From the IMG/VR virus record IMGVR_UViG_2802429244_000001, positions 1 through 13,892 of that record: DNA of 13,892 nt; one strand, given 5' to 3'. The translations under genes and the position numbers were made by a program. This document shows positions 6,700 to 13,892 of the stretch, piece by piece; position 1 is the stretch's first letter, and every line of letters begins with the position of its first letter. A model generated the notes under the pieces. That model ran no database searches. It was given only the letters and a program-made list of their open reading frames with translations, and was not told the DNA's origin. This DNA comes from a virus (lineage: Duplodnaviria > Heunggongvirae > Uroviricota > Caudoviricetes).

Positions 6700-8746
6700 T
6701 CCCCGCGCCAGCCTTGCGGGGGTGGATGCCGCTAATGGTCAGTGCTGGTATGAAATCCGTGCACAGGCTGCCGGGCGGGTGGAAATTTACCTCTATGACG
6801 TGATTGGCGGATGGGGCATCACCGCGCAGCAGTTTATTGCTGACTGTAAGGATGCGGGGGTGTTTGAGGCCAGCGCTATTGATCTGCATATCCACAGCCC
6901 GGGCGGTGATGTGATGCAGGGGTTTGCCATCTTTAACACGCTGTCACGGCTGAAAGCGAAGGTGGATATCTGGGTGGATGGTGTTGCAGCCAGCATGGCC
7001 TCCATGATTGTCTGCCTGCCTGGCGCCACAGTGCATATGCCTGAAAATTCCTGGCTGATGGTGCACAAGCCGTGGGGCGGGATCGCCGGTGATTCCGATG
7101 ATATGCGTGATTATGCCGACTGGCTGGATCGCAATGAGCAGCTGATGCTGTCAGCCTACATGAATAAAACCGGACTCGGGCAGGAGGAGCTGGAAGCCAT
7201 GCTGAAAGCAGAAACCTGGATGAACGGTGCAGAAGCCGTGGAAAAAGGCTTCGCTGATACGCTTGAACCTGAATTACAGGCTGCGGCCTGTGTGAATCAA
7301 AATAAACTGAAGGATTACCATAACATGCCAAAACAGCTTAACGCGCTTTTTGCTCCGCGTGCAGAAACGACGAACGGACAGCAGCAGGAACCGAAAACAG
7401 CCCCGCAAAATGCACAACAGACAACTGCTCAGCAGGTGCCATCAACCGGAAATGTGGATATCAGCGCAATTGCTTCGCAGGTTCAGCAACAACTGATGGC
7501 AGCCAATGCGGAACGTGTGCAGGCTGTAACTGCAGTCTTTGCCTCTTTCCCGTCTTATGCCGACCTGAAAGCGGAGTGTCTGAACGACATGACCTGTACG
7601 GAAGCACAGGCCCGTGAAAAACTGTTGCAGGCGCTGGCAGCCGGAACGACACCAAGTGCAGGTCCGGGAGCCATTCATATTCATGCAGGAAACGGTAATC
7701 TGGTTGGCGATTCTATTCGTGCGGCTATCATGGCGCGCGCCGGATATGCTGAAGCAGAAAAAGACAATGCCTATAACGGCTTTACACTGCGTGAACTGGC
7801 GCGTGCCTCGCTGGTTGATCGTGGCATCGGTATTTCCGGACATTCCGCGCCCATGGCGATGGTCGGGCTGGCATTTACCCACAGCAGCAGCGATTTCGGC
7901 AATATCCTGATGGATGTGGCTCATAAAGCTGCGTTGCAGGGCTGGGATGATGCCAGCGAAAATTTTGACAAATGGACCCGCAAGGGAACGCTGACTGATT
8001 TTAAAACCGCGCATCGTGTCGGGCTGGAAACTTTCCCGACGCTACGAAAAGTATTACCGGGGGCTGAATATAAATATGTGACCCTGAAAGATCGTGGCGA
8101 ACCGATTGCACTGGCGACTTATGGTGAATTGTTCAGCATTGATCGCCAGACCATCATCAATGATGACCTGGATATGCTGACCCGTATTCCGATGGCAATG
8201 GGGGCGGCAGCGCGTACTACCGTGGGTGATCTGGTCTGGGCCGTGTTGACCAGTAATCCGAAAATGTCGGATGGCAAACCGCTGTTCCATGCAGATCATG
8301 GCAACCTTGTGACTGCCGATTTGTCTATTGAGGGGCTGGATTCCGGGCGTAAAGCCATGCTGCTCCAGAAATCGGGTGACCGTCGCCTGAACATTCGTCC
8401 TGCTTTTATGTTGACGCCTGTTGCCATTGAGTCACGTGCCAATCAGTTGATTAAGTCTGCCAGCGTGCCCGGTGCAGATGCGAACAGCGGCATTATTAAC
8501 CCGATTCAGAATTTTGCCACGGTTCTGTCAGAGGCCCGTCTTGATGACAGCAGCCCGACGGATTATTACCTGGTAGCAGCGCAGGGGCGTGACACGATTG
8601 AAGTGGCTTACCTCGACGGTATTGATACGCCGTATCTGGAGCAGCAACAGGGCTTTACGGTTGATGGTGCAGCATTCAAGGTGCGCATTGATGCCGGAGT
8701 GGCACCGCTTGACTGGCGTGGCATGGTCAAAGTGAAAAAACAATAA
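6656..8746 (+). CDS. Prohead protease (ClpP-like) - scaffold-like linker - major capsid protein, single 696-aa ORF
   Basis: AAGGAG at 6641-6646 nine nt before ATG 6656 (the ORF track start at 6506 is an upstream extension overlapping the portal). N-terminal domain has ClpP/S14-like sequence (VEIYLYDVIGGWG...HIHSPGGDV...AASMASMI); middle is Gln/Ala-rich low complexity (about nt 7370-7650); C-terminal about 370 aa is capsid-like; strong terminator immediately downstream. Confidence 0.8.
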   Translation: MQQMINPRLRGTMINPRASLAGVDAANGQCWYEIRAQAAGRVEIYLYDVIGGWGITAQQFIADCKDAGVFEASAIDLHIHSPGGDVMQGFAIFNTLSRLKAKVDIWVDGVAASMASMIVCLPGATVHMPENSWLMVHKPWGGIAGDSDDMRDYADWLDRNEQLMLSAYMNKTGLGQEELEAMLKAETWMNGAEAVEKGFADTLEPELQAAACVNQNKLKDYHNMPKQLNALFAPRAETTNGQQQEPKTAPQNAQQTTAQQVPSTGNVDISAIASQVQQQLMAANAERVQAVTAVFASFPSYADLKAECLNDMTCTEAQAREKLLQALAAGTTPSAGPGAIHIHAGNGNLVGDSIRAAIMARAGYAEAEKDNAYNGFTLRELARASLVDRGIGISGHSAPMAMVGLAFTHSSSDFGNILMDVAHKAALQGWDDASENFDKWTRKGTLTDFKTAHRVGLETFPTLRKVLPGAEYKYVTLKDRGEPIALATYGELFSIDRQTIINDDLDMLTRIPMAMGAAARTTVGDLVWAVLTSNPKMSDGKPLFHADHGNLVTADLSIEGLDSGRKAMLLQKSGDRRLNIRPAFMLTPVAIESRANQLIKSASVPGADANSGIINPIQNFATVLSEARLDDSSPTDYYLVAAQGRDTIEVAYLDGIDTPYLEQQQGFTVDGAAFKVRIDAGVAPLDWRGMVKVKKQ

Positions 8747-8749
8747 ATA

Positions 8750-8773
8750 ACCGCCGGACAGGGCGGTTTTTTT
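8750..8773 (+). terminator. Rho-independent terminator immediately after the capsid gene
   Basis: Stem CCGCC(8751-8755)/GGCGG(8762-8766) followed by seven T at 8767-8773, directly after stop TAA 8744-8746. Confidence 0.6.
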
Positions 8774-8818
8774 ATGGCTGAAGCGGCGCACTTTGCGCCG
8801 CATTTACCGGAGAAAAAA

Positions 8819-9148
8819 ATGTCAAAAAATTTTGTTCAGGACGGAAAAAACGTCGACTGGGTGAACGGGACCGGGAAGGCGGTGTCATCTGGCGATCTGG
8901 TTGTTCAGGATAATCTTGTTGGTGTTGCTCACGCTGATATTCCGGATGGGGATGTGGGCATTCTGCATACGGTGGGGGTTTTCTCTTTACCTAAAGAGGC
9001 AGAGGCGCTGACGCAAGGCAAGCTGGTGTATTTCAAAGCGGATACGGCAACACTGACCGCAACGAAATCAGGTAATACGCTGGTGGGAACAGTATGGGCA
9101 TCGGCTGAAGCCGGAGATGCCTGTGTTTGTGTGCGTCTGGGGTACTGA
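8819..9148 (+). CDS. Small head protein, possibly decoration/DUF2190-like, 109 aa
   Basis: GGAGA at 8810-8814 then ATG 8819 (the ORF track start 8774 overlaps the terminator and lacks an RBS); Gly/Val-rich beta-type sequence; position directly after the major capsid gene. Family assignment is from memory. Confidence 0.5.
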   Translation: MSKNFVQDGKNVDWVNGTGKAVSSGDLVVQDNLVGVAHADIPDGDVGILHTVGVFSLPKEAEALTQGKLVYFKADTATLTATKSGNTLVGTVWASAEAGDACVCVRLGY

Positions 9149-9504
9149 TGCATCGATTTCATAAACGGCTGATGCGGGCAGATGCCCGCATTTCCCGGCT
9201 TTTTTCCGAGGAGTGTCCGGCGATACTGTCTATTGGCAGCGAGCGTCGCCCTGTTATGGTGATTTTTGAATCTCCGGATGCGCCGGTTCGTGTTCCGGGT
9301 GGTGGAGAAATTAACGATCAGGCTCCGGCATTCAGCGCACTGACAGAGGATATTAAGGGGCTCAGCACAAACTGCACAGTGGAGCTGAACCACGAATTTT
9401 ACCGCGTCACGCATATAGGTGCGGACGAAATGGGGCGCACACGCGTAACGCTCGGGCGTGGACGGGGGACATCATTACCGACCATCGAATGGAGTAAAAA
9501 ATAA
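9148..9504 (+). CDS. Hypothetical head-completion or head-tail connector protein, 118 aa
   Basis: ATG 9148 overlaps the stop of the preceding gene (TGATG); lies between capsid/decoration and tail genes. Function inferred from position only. Confidence 0.4.
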   Translation: MHRFHKRLMRADARISRLFSEECPAILSIGSERRPVMVIFESPDAPVRVPGGGEINDQAPAFSALTEDIKGLSTNCTVELNHEFYRVTHIGADEMGRTRVTLGRGRGTSLPTIEWSKK

Positions 9505-9525
9505 ACTTCATAAGGAGATGTCGCA

Positions 9526-10209
9526 ATGGCGCGGGCATCACGCATCCGGCGAAATCTGTTGTTTGATATCGACGTCGAAGAATTGCGGGATATTGTGGCG
9601 CAGGCTGGCGCAACGCAGCACCAGTTTCGTCTGGCCTATTCCCGCGCACTGAAGCGAACGGCATCAAAAATGCGCATGAAGGCGCTTGCGGAACTGAAAA
9701 CCGGCCTGGCTCCCCGCAAAATGGACATGCTGCGCAGGCGTCTTTTTTCCACCCGCATTACCCGGGGTAATGCAATGGATGAAGCCCGTTTCTGGTTTGG
9801 TCTGAATGCGATCAAGATAAAGGATCTGCGCGGACGCATTCGTGGACGACGTGTTCGTCATCATGATCTCCGTGATCCGGTAACCGGGCGGTTTATCAAA
9901 GAGAACCGTGCCCGGCGACGTCGCCGCAAAGCCAGCGATCCCGTTTTTGAACCCAACGGTTCGTTTTTATCTCCTGCCGCGTATGAAAACGGGCTGGTGA
10001 TACGCAGCCGTAAAGAGAACCGACGAACGATCATCATCAAAAATCCGGAGACGGGGCGCGTCCGTGAAGCCGAGGCCAACATTTACGCCCGCACGATGGA
10101 TTACGTGGAGGATGTGGCTTTTGCGGAGTGCCTGGAGATTTTTATGAAAGAGTTCGAATCAGACATCCGGCGACGCGCGAAGTACGGCATTACCGTGACC
10201 CCCCGATAA
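9526..10209 (+). CDS. Hypothetical arginine-rich (highly basic) virion-module protein, 227 aa
   Basis: AAGGAG at 9512-9517 eight nt before ATG 9526; strong Arg enrichment (for example RARRRRRK, RGRIRGRRVRHH); position in the head-tail joining block. Confidence 0.4.
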   Translation: MARASRIRRNLLFDIDVEELRDIVAQAGATQHQFRLAYSRALKRTASKMRMKALAELKTGLAPRKMDMLRRRLFSTRITRGNAMDEARFWFGLNAIKIKDLRGRIRGRRVRHHDLRDPVTGRFIKENRARRRRRKASDPVFEPNGSFLSPAAYENGLVIRSRKENRRTIIIKNPETGRVREAEANIYARTMDYVEDVAFAECLEIFMKEFESDIRRRAKYGITVTPR

Positions 10210-10225
10210 AAAACGTGAGGATGTA

Positions 10226-10795
10226 ATGGCTGAACCCTTATGCATGGCATCCTGGCACACTGCTGTGCTGGATGCCCTGAAAAAACTTAAATGGATCAAT
10301 GATGCGGACACCTATCCGGAACGGGTCACGCAGCTGGTCACTCCGGCGGTGTTTCTGGCGGTCGATGGCTGGGATGCGAAAAGCAATGCAGACGGGCAGA
10401 TGACGGTGGTGTTGTCTGCTGCGCTGTGGGTACTGGTTGACCGTGCCGGTGAGCCGGATAAAGAAAAAAAAGAAGAACGCAGGGCGATAAAGCCGGATAT
10501 TTTTATCCGTTCGGCGGCAGCCGCGTTGTCGCACTGGCTCGACGGGCAGACGTTTGGACTGGCAAATGTGGAGCCTGCCATTTTTATATCAGCGGACGCA
10601 GATGAAACCGATCCGCGTCTGGATGATTATCTGGTCTGGCAGATTTCATTTAACCAGACGGTGACGTTTGGTATGGATCCCTTTGCCACGGATAACCTGC
10701 CGCTACAGCGGGCCTGGCTGGGCGCGGCACCGGAGATCGGGCGACAGCATGTGGATGATTACCGGCTGATTTTTGAGGGAAAGCCACGTGAATGA
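10226..10795 (+). CDS. Hypothetical head-tail joining or tail completion protein, 189 aa
   Basis: GAGG at 10217-10220 before ATG 10226; 3' end overlaps the next gene; position-based functional guess. Confidence 0.4.
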   Translation: MAEPLCMASWHTAVLDALKKLKWINDADTYPERVTQLVTPAVFLAVDGWDAKSNADGQMTVVLSAALWVLVDRAGEPDKEKKEERRAIKPDIFIRSAAAALSHWLDGQTFGLANVEPAIFISADADETDPRLDDYLVWQISFNQTVTFGMDPFATDNLPLQRAWLGAAPEIGRQHVDDYRLIFEGKPRE

Positions 10796-11408
10796 GGTTC
10801 TGGGGGATTTACAGCGCCGCCTGGCAAATATGGTCCGGCGTGGGGTGATCCACTCGGTGCGGCTGGACGGTGGTTTTCCGGAATGCCGCGTGGATCTGGG
10901 GGATATTGTGACCACCTGGCTGCCATTGTGTCAGGGTTTTGCCGGAAAAAACCGGGCAGATTTTGAGCCGTTTGCTGTGGGGGATGCGGTTACGGTGCTG
11001 TCAGAGGCCGGGGAGCTGAATAACGGTCGTGTTTTTCCCGGCTGGAATACCGGTGCGGCACCGGCTCCGCAGGGCAGCGACAGTGAGCACATCACCCGTT
11101 ACGGAGATGGCACGGAAATTTGCTATAACCGGGAGACGCACTCACTGACCATTATTCTGGCAGAAGGGGGCACCTATGCCATTACCGGGAATGGTGTGCT
11201 GGACGGAAACGTCATGATCTCAGAAGACCTGATCGTGAACGGACGCACGATGGTTGAAGGTGAAGTGGTGGTGAAAAGTGATTTTTATGCAAAAGGCGAG
11301 GTGACGGATAAATCCGGCAGCATGAGCCGGATCCGGGAAACGTTTAATGGACACGACCATCCCGGAGACAGTGGGGGAACCACGAAAGTACCGAATCAGA
11401 AAATGTGA
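10788..11408 (+). CDS. Baseplate spike protein, P2 gpV-like (about 206 aa)
   Basis: From GTG 10788 (GAGG at 10774-10777 upstream; TTG 10773 is an alternative) the N-terminus VNEVLGDLQRRLANMVRRGVI parallels the P2 gpV N-terminus as I recall it; C-terminal NGHDHPGDSGGTT resembles the His-containing apex motif of gpV/gp45-type spikes; length matches gpV-class proteins. Confidence 0.55.
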   Translation: MNEVLGDLQRRLANMVRRGVIHSVRLDGGFPECRVDLGDIVTTWLPLCQGFAGKNRADFEPFAVGDAVTVLSEAGELNNGRVFPGWNTGAAPAPQGSDSEHITRYGDGTEICYNRETHSLTIILAEGGTYAITGNGVLDGNVMISEDLIVNGRTMVEGEVVVKSDFYAKGEVTDKSGSMSRIRETFNGHDHPGDSGGTTKVPNQKM

Positions 11409-11446
11409 CCTGCTGCGGCAGGTTTTTTTATGTCCGGAGAATGCAA

Positions 11447-12916
11447 ATGGGGCAATTACATGGTGTGGAAACCATCGAGCTGACAGCAGGCACGGTGGCG
11501 GTAACCACAATAGAGACAGCCATTATTGGGGTGGTGGGAACCGCGCCGCAGGCTGCCGGGGCTGTGGCAGCAACACTGACAGCGGGAACGCCGTTGCTGG
11601 GTAACGAGCTGACCTTTACGGCAAAAGCGGCGGGGCGGAGCGGAAATACCATTACCGTTATTGCTGAACAGGCTTTACAGGCAGCAAAAGAAAAAAGTGC
11701 GGGTGCGGTCCCCACGTCAGCAAAATGGGAAAACGGAAGCCTGTTGATTACGCTGGGTTGCAGTGAAAAGGGGGCAGGTAATGCCACCGTCAGTGATGTT
11801 GTGACGGCGGTGAATGGTGTGGCGGGGGCCGGGGTGAGTGCCACCGGCAGCGGTGACGGTATTGTGTCGTCGTTTTCCGGCACACTGAGTGGCGGTGAAG
11901 ATGAACCGTTTCCGCTGAACACGCCAGTGGCGATGGCGGGAACAACGGCGCTTTCACGTCTGGGGATCACCGGAACACTGAAGCAGGCGCTGGCGGAGAT
12001 TAACGACCAGCGTAACGCGCTGTCGGTGATCGTCCGGGTGGAAGAAAAAACAAAGCCGGAAGAGCAGCGTGCTGCCATTCTTGCGGGGATCAGCATGCTG
12101 TCATCGGCAAAATCCGTCACCACGTATCAGCCACGTATTGTGATCGCACCAGGATTCAGTGAAGACGATGCGGTGGGTAAGGCACTGGAAACTGTGGCCG
12201 GAAAACTGCGGGCAGTGGCGTACGTGGATTGTGCGGCGGGCGCGACACTGCAGGAAGTGGTGCAGCGTCGCCAGTCTTACGGTGCCCGGACTGAACTACT
12301 GCGCCCGCGTGTGCAGGTCAGTAATGCAGAGGGGCAACTGGTGTATCGCCCGTATTCGGCGTTTGCTGCCGGACTGCGTGCCCGTATTGACTATGAAAAA
12401 GGGTGGTGGTGGAGCAAATCAAACCAGGAGGTTTACAACATCCTCGGTGTTGAGCAGGTGGATGAATTTATCCTCGGTGAGCGCAACTGCGATGCCAACC
12501 TGCTTAATATGCAGAATGTTTCCACCCTGATCCGCCGCGCCGGATTTAAACACTGGGGAAACCGGCTGTGCTCGTCCCATCCTCAGTGGCATTTCGAGTC
12601 CGTCCGCCGTACTGCGGATGTGATTGAAGACAGTATCCAGGAGGCGATGCTGGCGTATGTTGACCGCCCGCTCGATCGCCAGAATGCGGACGACATTATT
12701 GGCACCATTAATGCGTATATGCGCCGTCTGGTGGCAGAAGGTGCCATCTTCGGGGGGCGGGCATGGCTGGATCCGGAACTGAATACCGCCGAAACGCTGG
12801 CAGCCGGTGAACTGTACATCAACTATGACTTCGGTCCCAAATCGCCGACTGAACTTATCAGCATGCGGGTGAGTGTCAACAACGAATACGGCATTAAGGA
12901 GATGACGGCAACATGA
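11447..12916 (+). CDS. Contractile tail sheath protein (P2 FI / Mu L family) with an extra N-proximal domain
   Basis: GGAGA at 11434-11438 eight nt before ATG 11447; matches to recalled P2 FI: N-terminal HGVETIEL, EPFPLNTPV, TLIRRAGFKHWGNRLCS, ELYINYDFGPKSP; followed by the tube gene with ATGA overlap. Confidence 0.85.
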   Translation: MGQLHGVETIELTAGTVAVTTIETAIIGVVGTAPQAAGAVAATLTAGTPLLGNELTFTAKAAGRSGNTITVIAEQALQAAKEKSAGAVPTSAKWENGSLLITLGCSEKGAGNATVSDVVTAVNGVAGAGVSATGSGDGIVSSFSGTLSGGEDEPFPLNTPVAMAGTTALSRLGITGTLKQALAEINDQRNALSVIVRVEEKTKPEEQRAAILAGISMLSSAKSVTTYQPRIVIAPGFSEDDAVGKALETVAGKLRAVAYVDCAAGATLQEVVQRRQSYGARTELLRPRVQVSNAEGQLVYRPYSAFAAGLRARIDYEKGWWWSKSNQEVYNILGVEQVDEFILGERNCDANLLNMQNVSTLIRRAGFKHWGNRLCSSHPQWHFESVRRTADVIEDSIQEAMLAYVDRPLDRQNADDIIGTINAYMRRLVAEGAIFGGRAWLDPELNTAETLAAGELYINYDFGPKSPTELISMRVSVNNEYGIKEMTAT

Positions 12917-13419
12917 GCAGTAAAAACACATTACGGGCCTGGACTTTTTTCCGCCAGGGGGTCCGTATTCAGGGAGCGCATGAGTTCACGCCACCCACGC
13001 TGTCCATAACCACCACTGATTTACGCACCGGGGCACAGGATGCCCCCACGCCGGTTGACGACGGCATGGAGGCGCTGACCTGCCAGATTAAATTCTATGG
13101 TCTGGATACAGACATGCTGTCCAGTCTCGGATTTGTCAGTGGCAACCGCTCCCGCTTCACGGCCTATCAGGGCTATCTGGCAAACGGCACCGCGCTGGGG
13201 ACCACCGAAGAAATCGAAGGTTTTGTGAAAACGGTGACGCCGGATGCGCGCGGAAACAGCGGGCTGTCAGAAAATGCGGTGACAGTGGAAATCGCGGTGA
13301 ATTATTACCGTCAGACGCTGGAGGGGATCGAACTCATTATGATTGATACCGAGCGTTTTGAGCGTCGGATCAACGGCGTGAATGTTCTCGCCGGCCTGTC
13401 GGCAAAAGTGCGTCTCTGA
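12913..13419 (+). CDS. Tail tube protein (P2 FII-like)
   Basis: 168 aa directly downstream of the sheath with 4-nt overlap; C-terminal GIELIMIDTERFERRINGVNVLAG parallels the recalled C-terminal region of P2 FII. Confidence 0.75.
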   Translation: MSSKNTLRAWTFFRQGVRIQGAHEFTPPTLSITTTDLRTGAQDAPTPVDDGMEALTCQIKFYGLDTDMLSSLGFVSGNRSRFTAYQGYLANGTALGTTEEIEGFVKTVTPDARGNSGLSENAVTVEIAVNYYRQTLEGIELIMIDTERFERRINGVNVLAGLSAKVRL

Positions 13420-13436
13420 TCACTGATTAACGCATA

Positions 13437-13458
13437 ACGGCCTGCGGGCCGTTTTTTT
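13437..13458 (+). terminator. Rho-independent terminator or attenuator between tube and tail chaperone genes
   Basis: Stem CGGCC(13438-13442)/GGCCG(13447-13451) with 4-nt loop, followed by seven T at 13452-13458; AGGAG RBS of the next gene starts right after. Confidence 0.55.
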
Positions 13459-13470
13459 AAGGAGCAGATT

Positions 13471-13770
13471 ATGAATATTCCGGGCGAAACCCGCACCATC
13501 ACACTGTACACGCCGGTCACTCTGGGAGGCGGGGCTGTGCTGGAACGCATCACCATGCGCGAACCGCTGGTGCGCGATCGCATTGCCTTCACCAAAGACC
13601 GGGGAACAGAAGAGGAAAAAGAGGCGCGTATGATTGCGCAGCTTTGTAATCTGAGTGAGCAGGATATCTGGCTGCTGACCGCAGCGGATTATGCCCAGCT
13701 GACGGATGCCTTTAATGTTTTTATGCTGCCACCCGGGAAGCGACCGAAACCGAAATCTTCAGAGGGTTAA
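13471..13770 (+). CDS. Tail assembly chaperone (P2 gpE-like)
   Basis: AGGAG at 13459-13463 then ATG 13471; 99 aa acidic protein directly after sheath and tube genes, the canonical position of the E/E' (or G/GT) chaperone. Confidence 0.6.
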   Translation: MNIPGETRTITLYTPVTLGGGAVLERITMREPLVRDRIAFTKDRGTEEEKEARMIAQLCNLSEQDIWLLTAADYAQLTDAFNVFMLPPGKRPKPKSSEG

Positions 13771-13892
13771 GGTTTCTCGGGCGGCGGCTGCATTTTCCTC
13801 TTTCCGATTATCTGTCCATGCCGTTCAGTGTGTTTACGGCATTTTTACTGGATGAAGTGGAGGCAGTAAAACGTGGGAAGCGTAAGCCAGAA
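13716..13892 (+). CDS. Possible -1 frameshift extension (E'-like) of the tail assembly chaperone, 3'-partial
   Basis: The -1 frame relative to the chaperone is open from 13716 to the window end with no stop, overlaps the last about 50 nt of the chaperone ORF, and has no RBS of its own before the first in-frame ATG (13818); a T-run GTTTTTA at 13717-13723 lies in the overlap. Confidence 0.35.

Noticed and set aside
7442-8014. 190-aa minus-strand ORF antisense to the capsid domain
   Set aside because: Embedded in a confidently called + strand gene; no RBS; Cys/Arg-rich translation looks like antisense noise.
8774-8818. Upstream extension of the decoration-like ORF (start at 8774)
   Set aside because: It begins immediately after the terminator T-tract and lacks an RBS, whereas ATG 8819 has GGAGA at the proper spacing.
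11428-12123. 231-aa minus-strand ORF antisense to the sheath gene
   Set aside because: Fully embedded antisense to a well-supported gene with strong family-level matches; long antisense ORFs are common in coding DNA of this GC content, and its Ala/Ser/Pro-rich translation is low complexity.

Overview
This window reads as the late-gene region of a tailed phage or prophage, with nearly all genes on the + strand (about 52% GC, enterobacterial-like). In order it carries a lysis cassette (3-TM holin, M15-peptidase endolysin), a short accessory stretch of small genes, an AT-rich gap that looks like a lambda-type cos site, then a lambda-type packaging and head module (Nu1-like small terminase, gpA-like large terminase, gpW-like protein, lambda-family portal, a single ORF fusing ClpP-like protease, scaffold-like linker and major capsid, and a small decoration-like protein). 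This is followed by three uncharacterised head-tail genes and a P2/Mu-type contractile-tail module (gpV-like spike, sheath, tube, and a tail chaperone with a probable E/E'-type -1 frameshift extension running off the window end). All family assignments come from reading the translated ORFs against motifs and reference sequences recalled from memory; no database search was run. No tRNA, rRNA, CRISPR array, integrase or transposase was seen. The points most worth a second look are a small membrane-peptide plus lipoprotein pair after the lysis genes, a possible nested start inside the protease-capsid ORF, a roughly 115-residue insertion in the sheath, a 12-bp direct repeat that switches frame at the 3' end of the large terminase gene, and the head/tail mosaicism with unusual spike placement.
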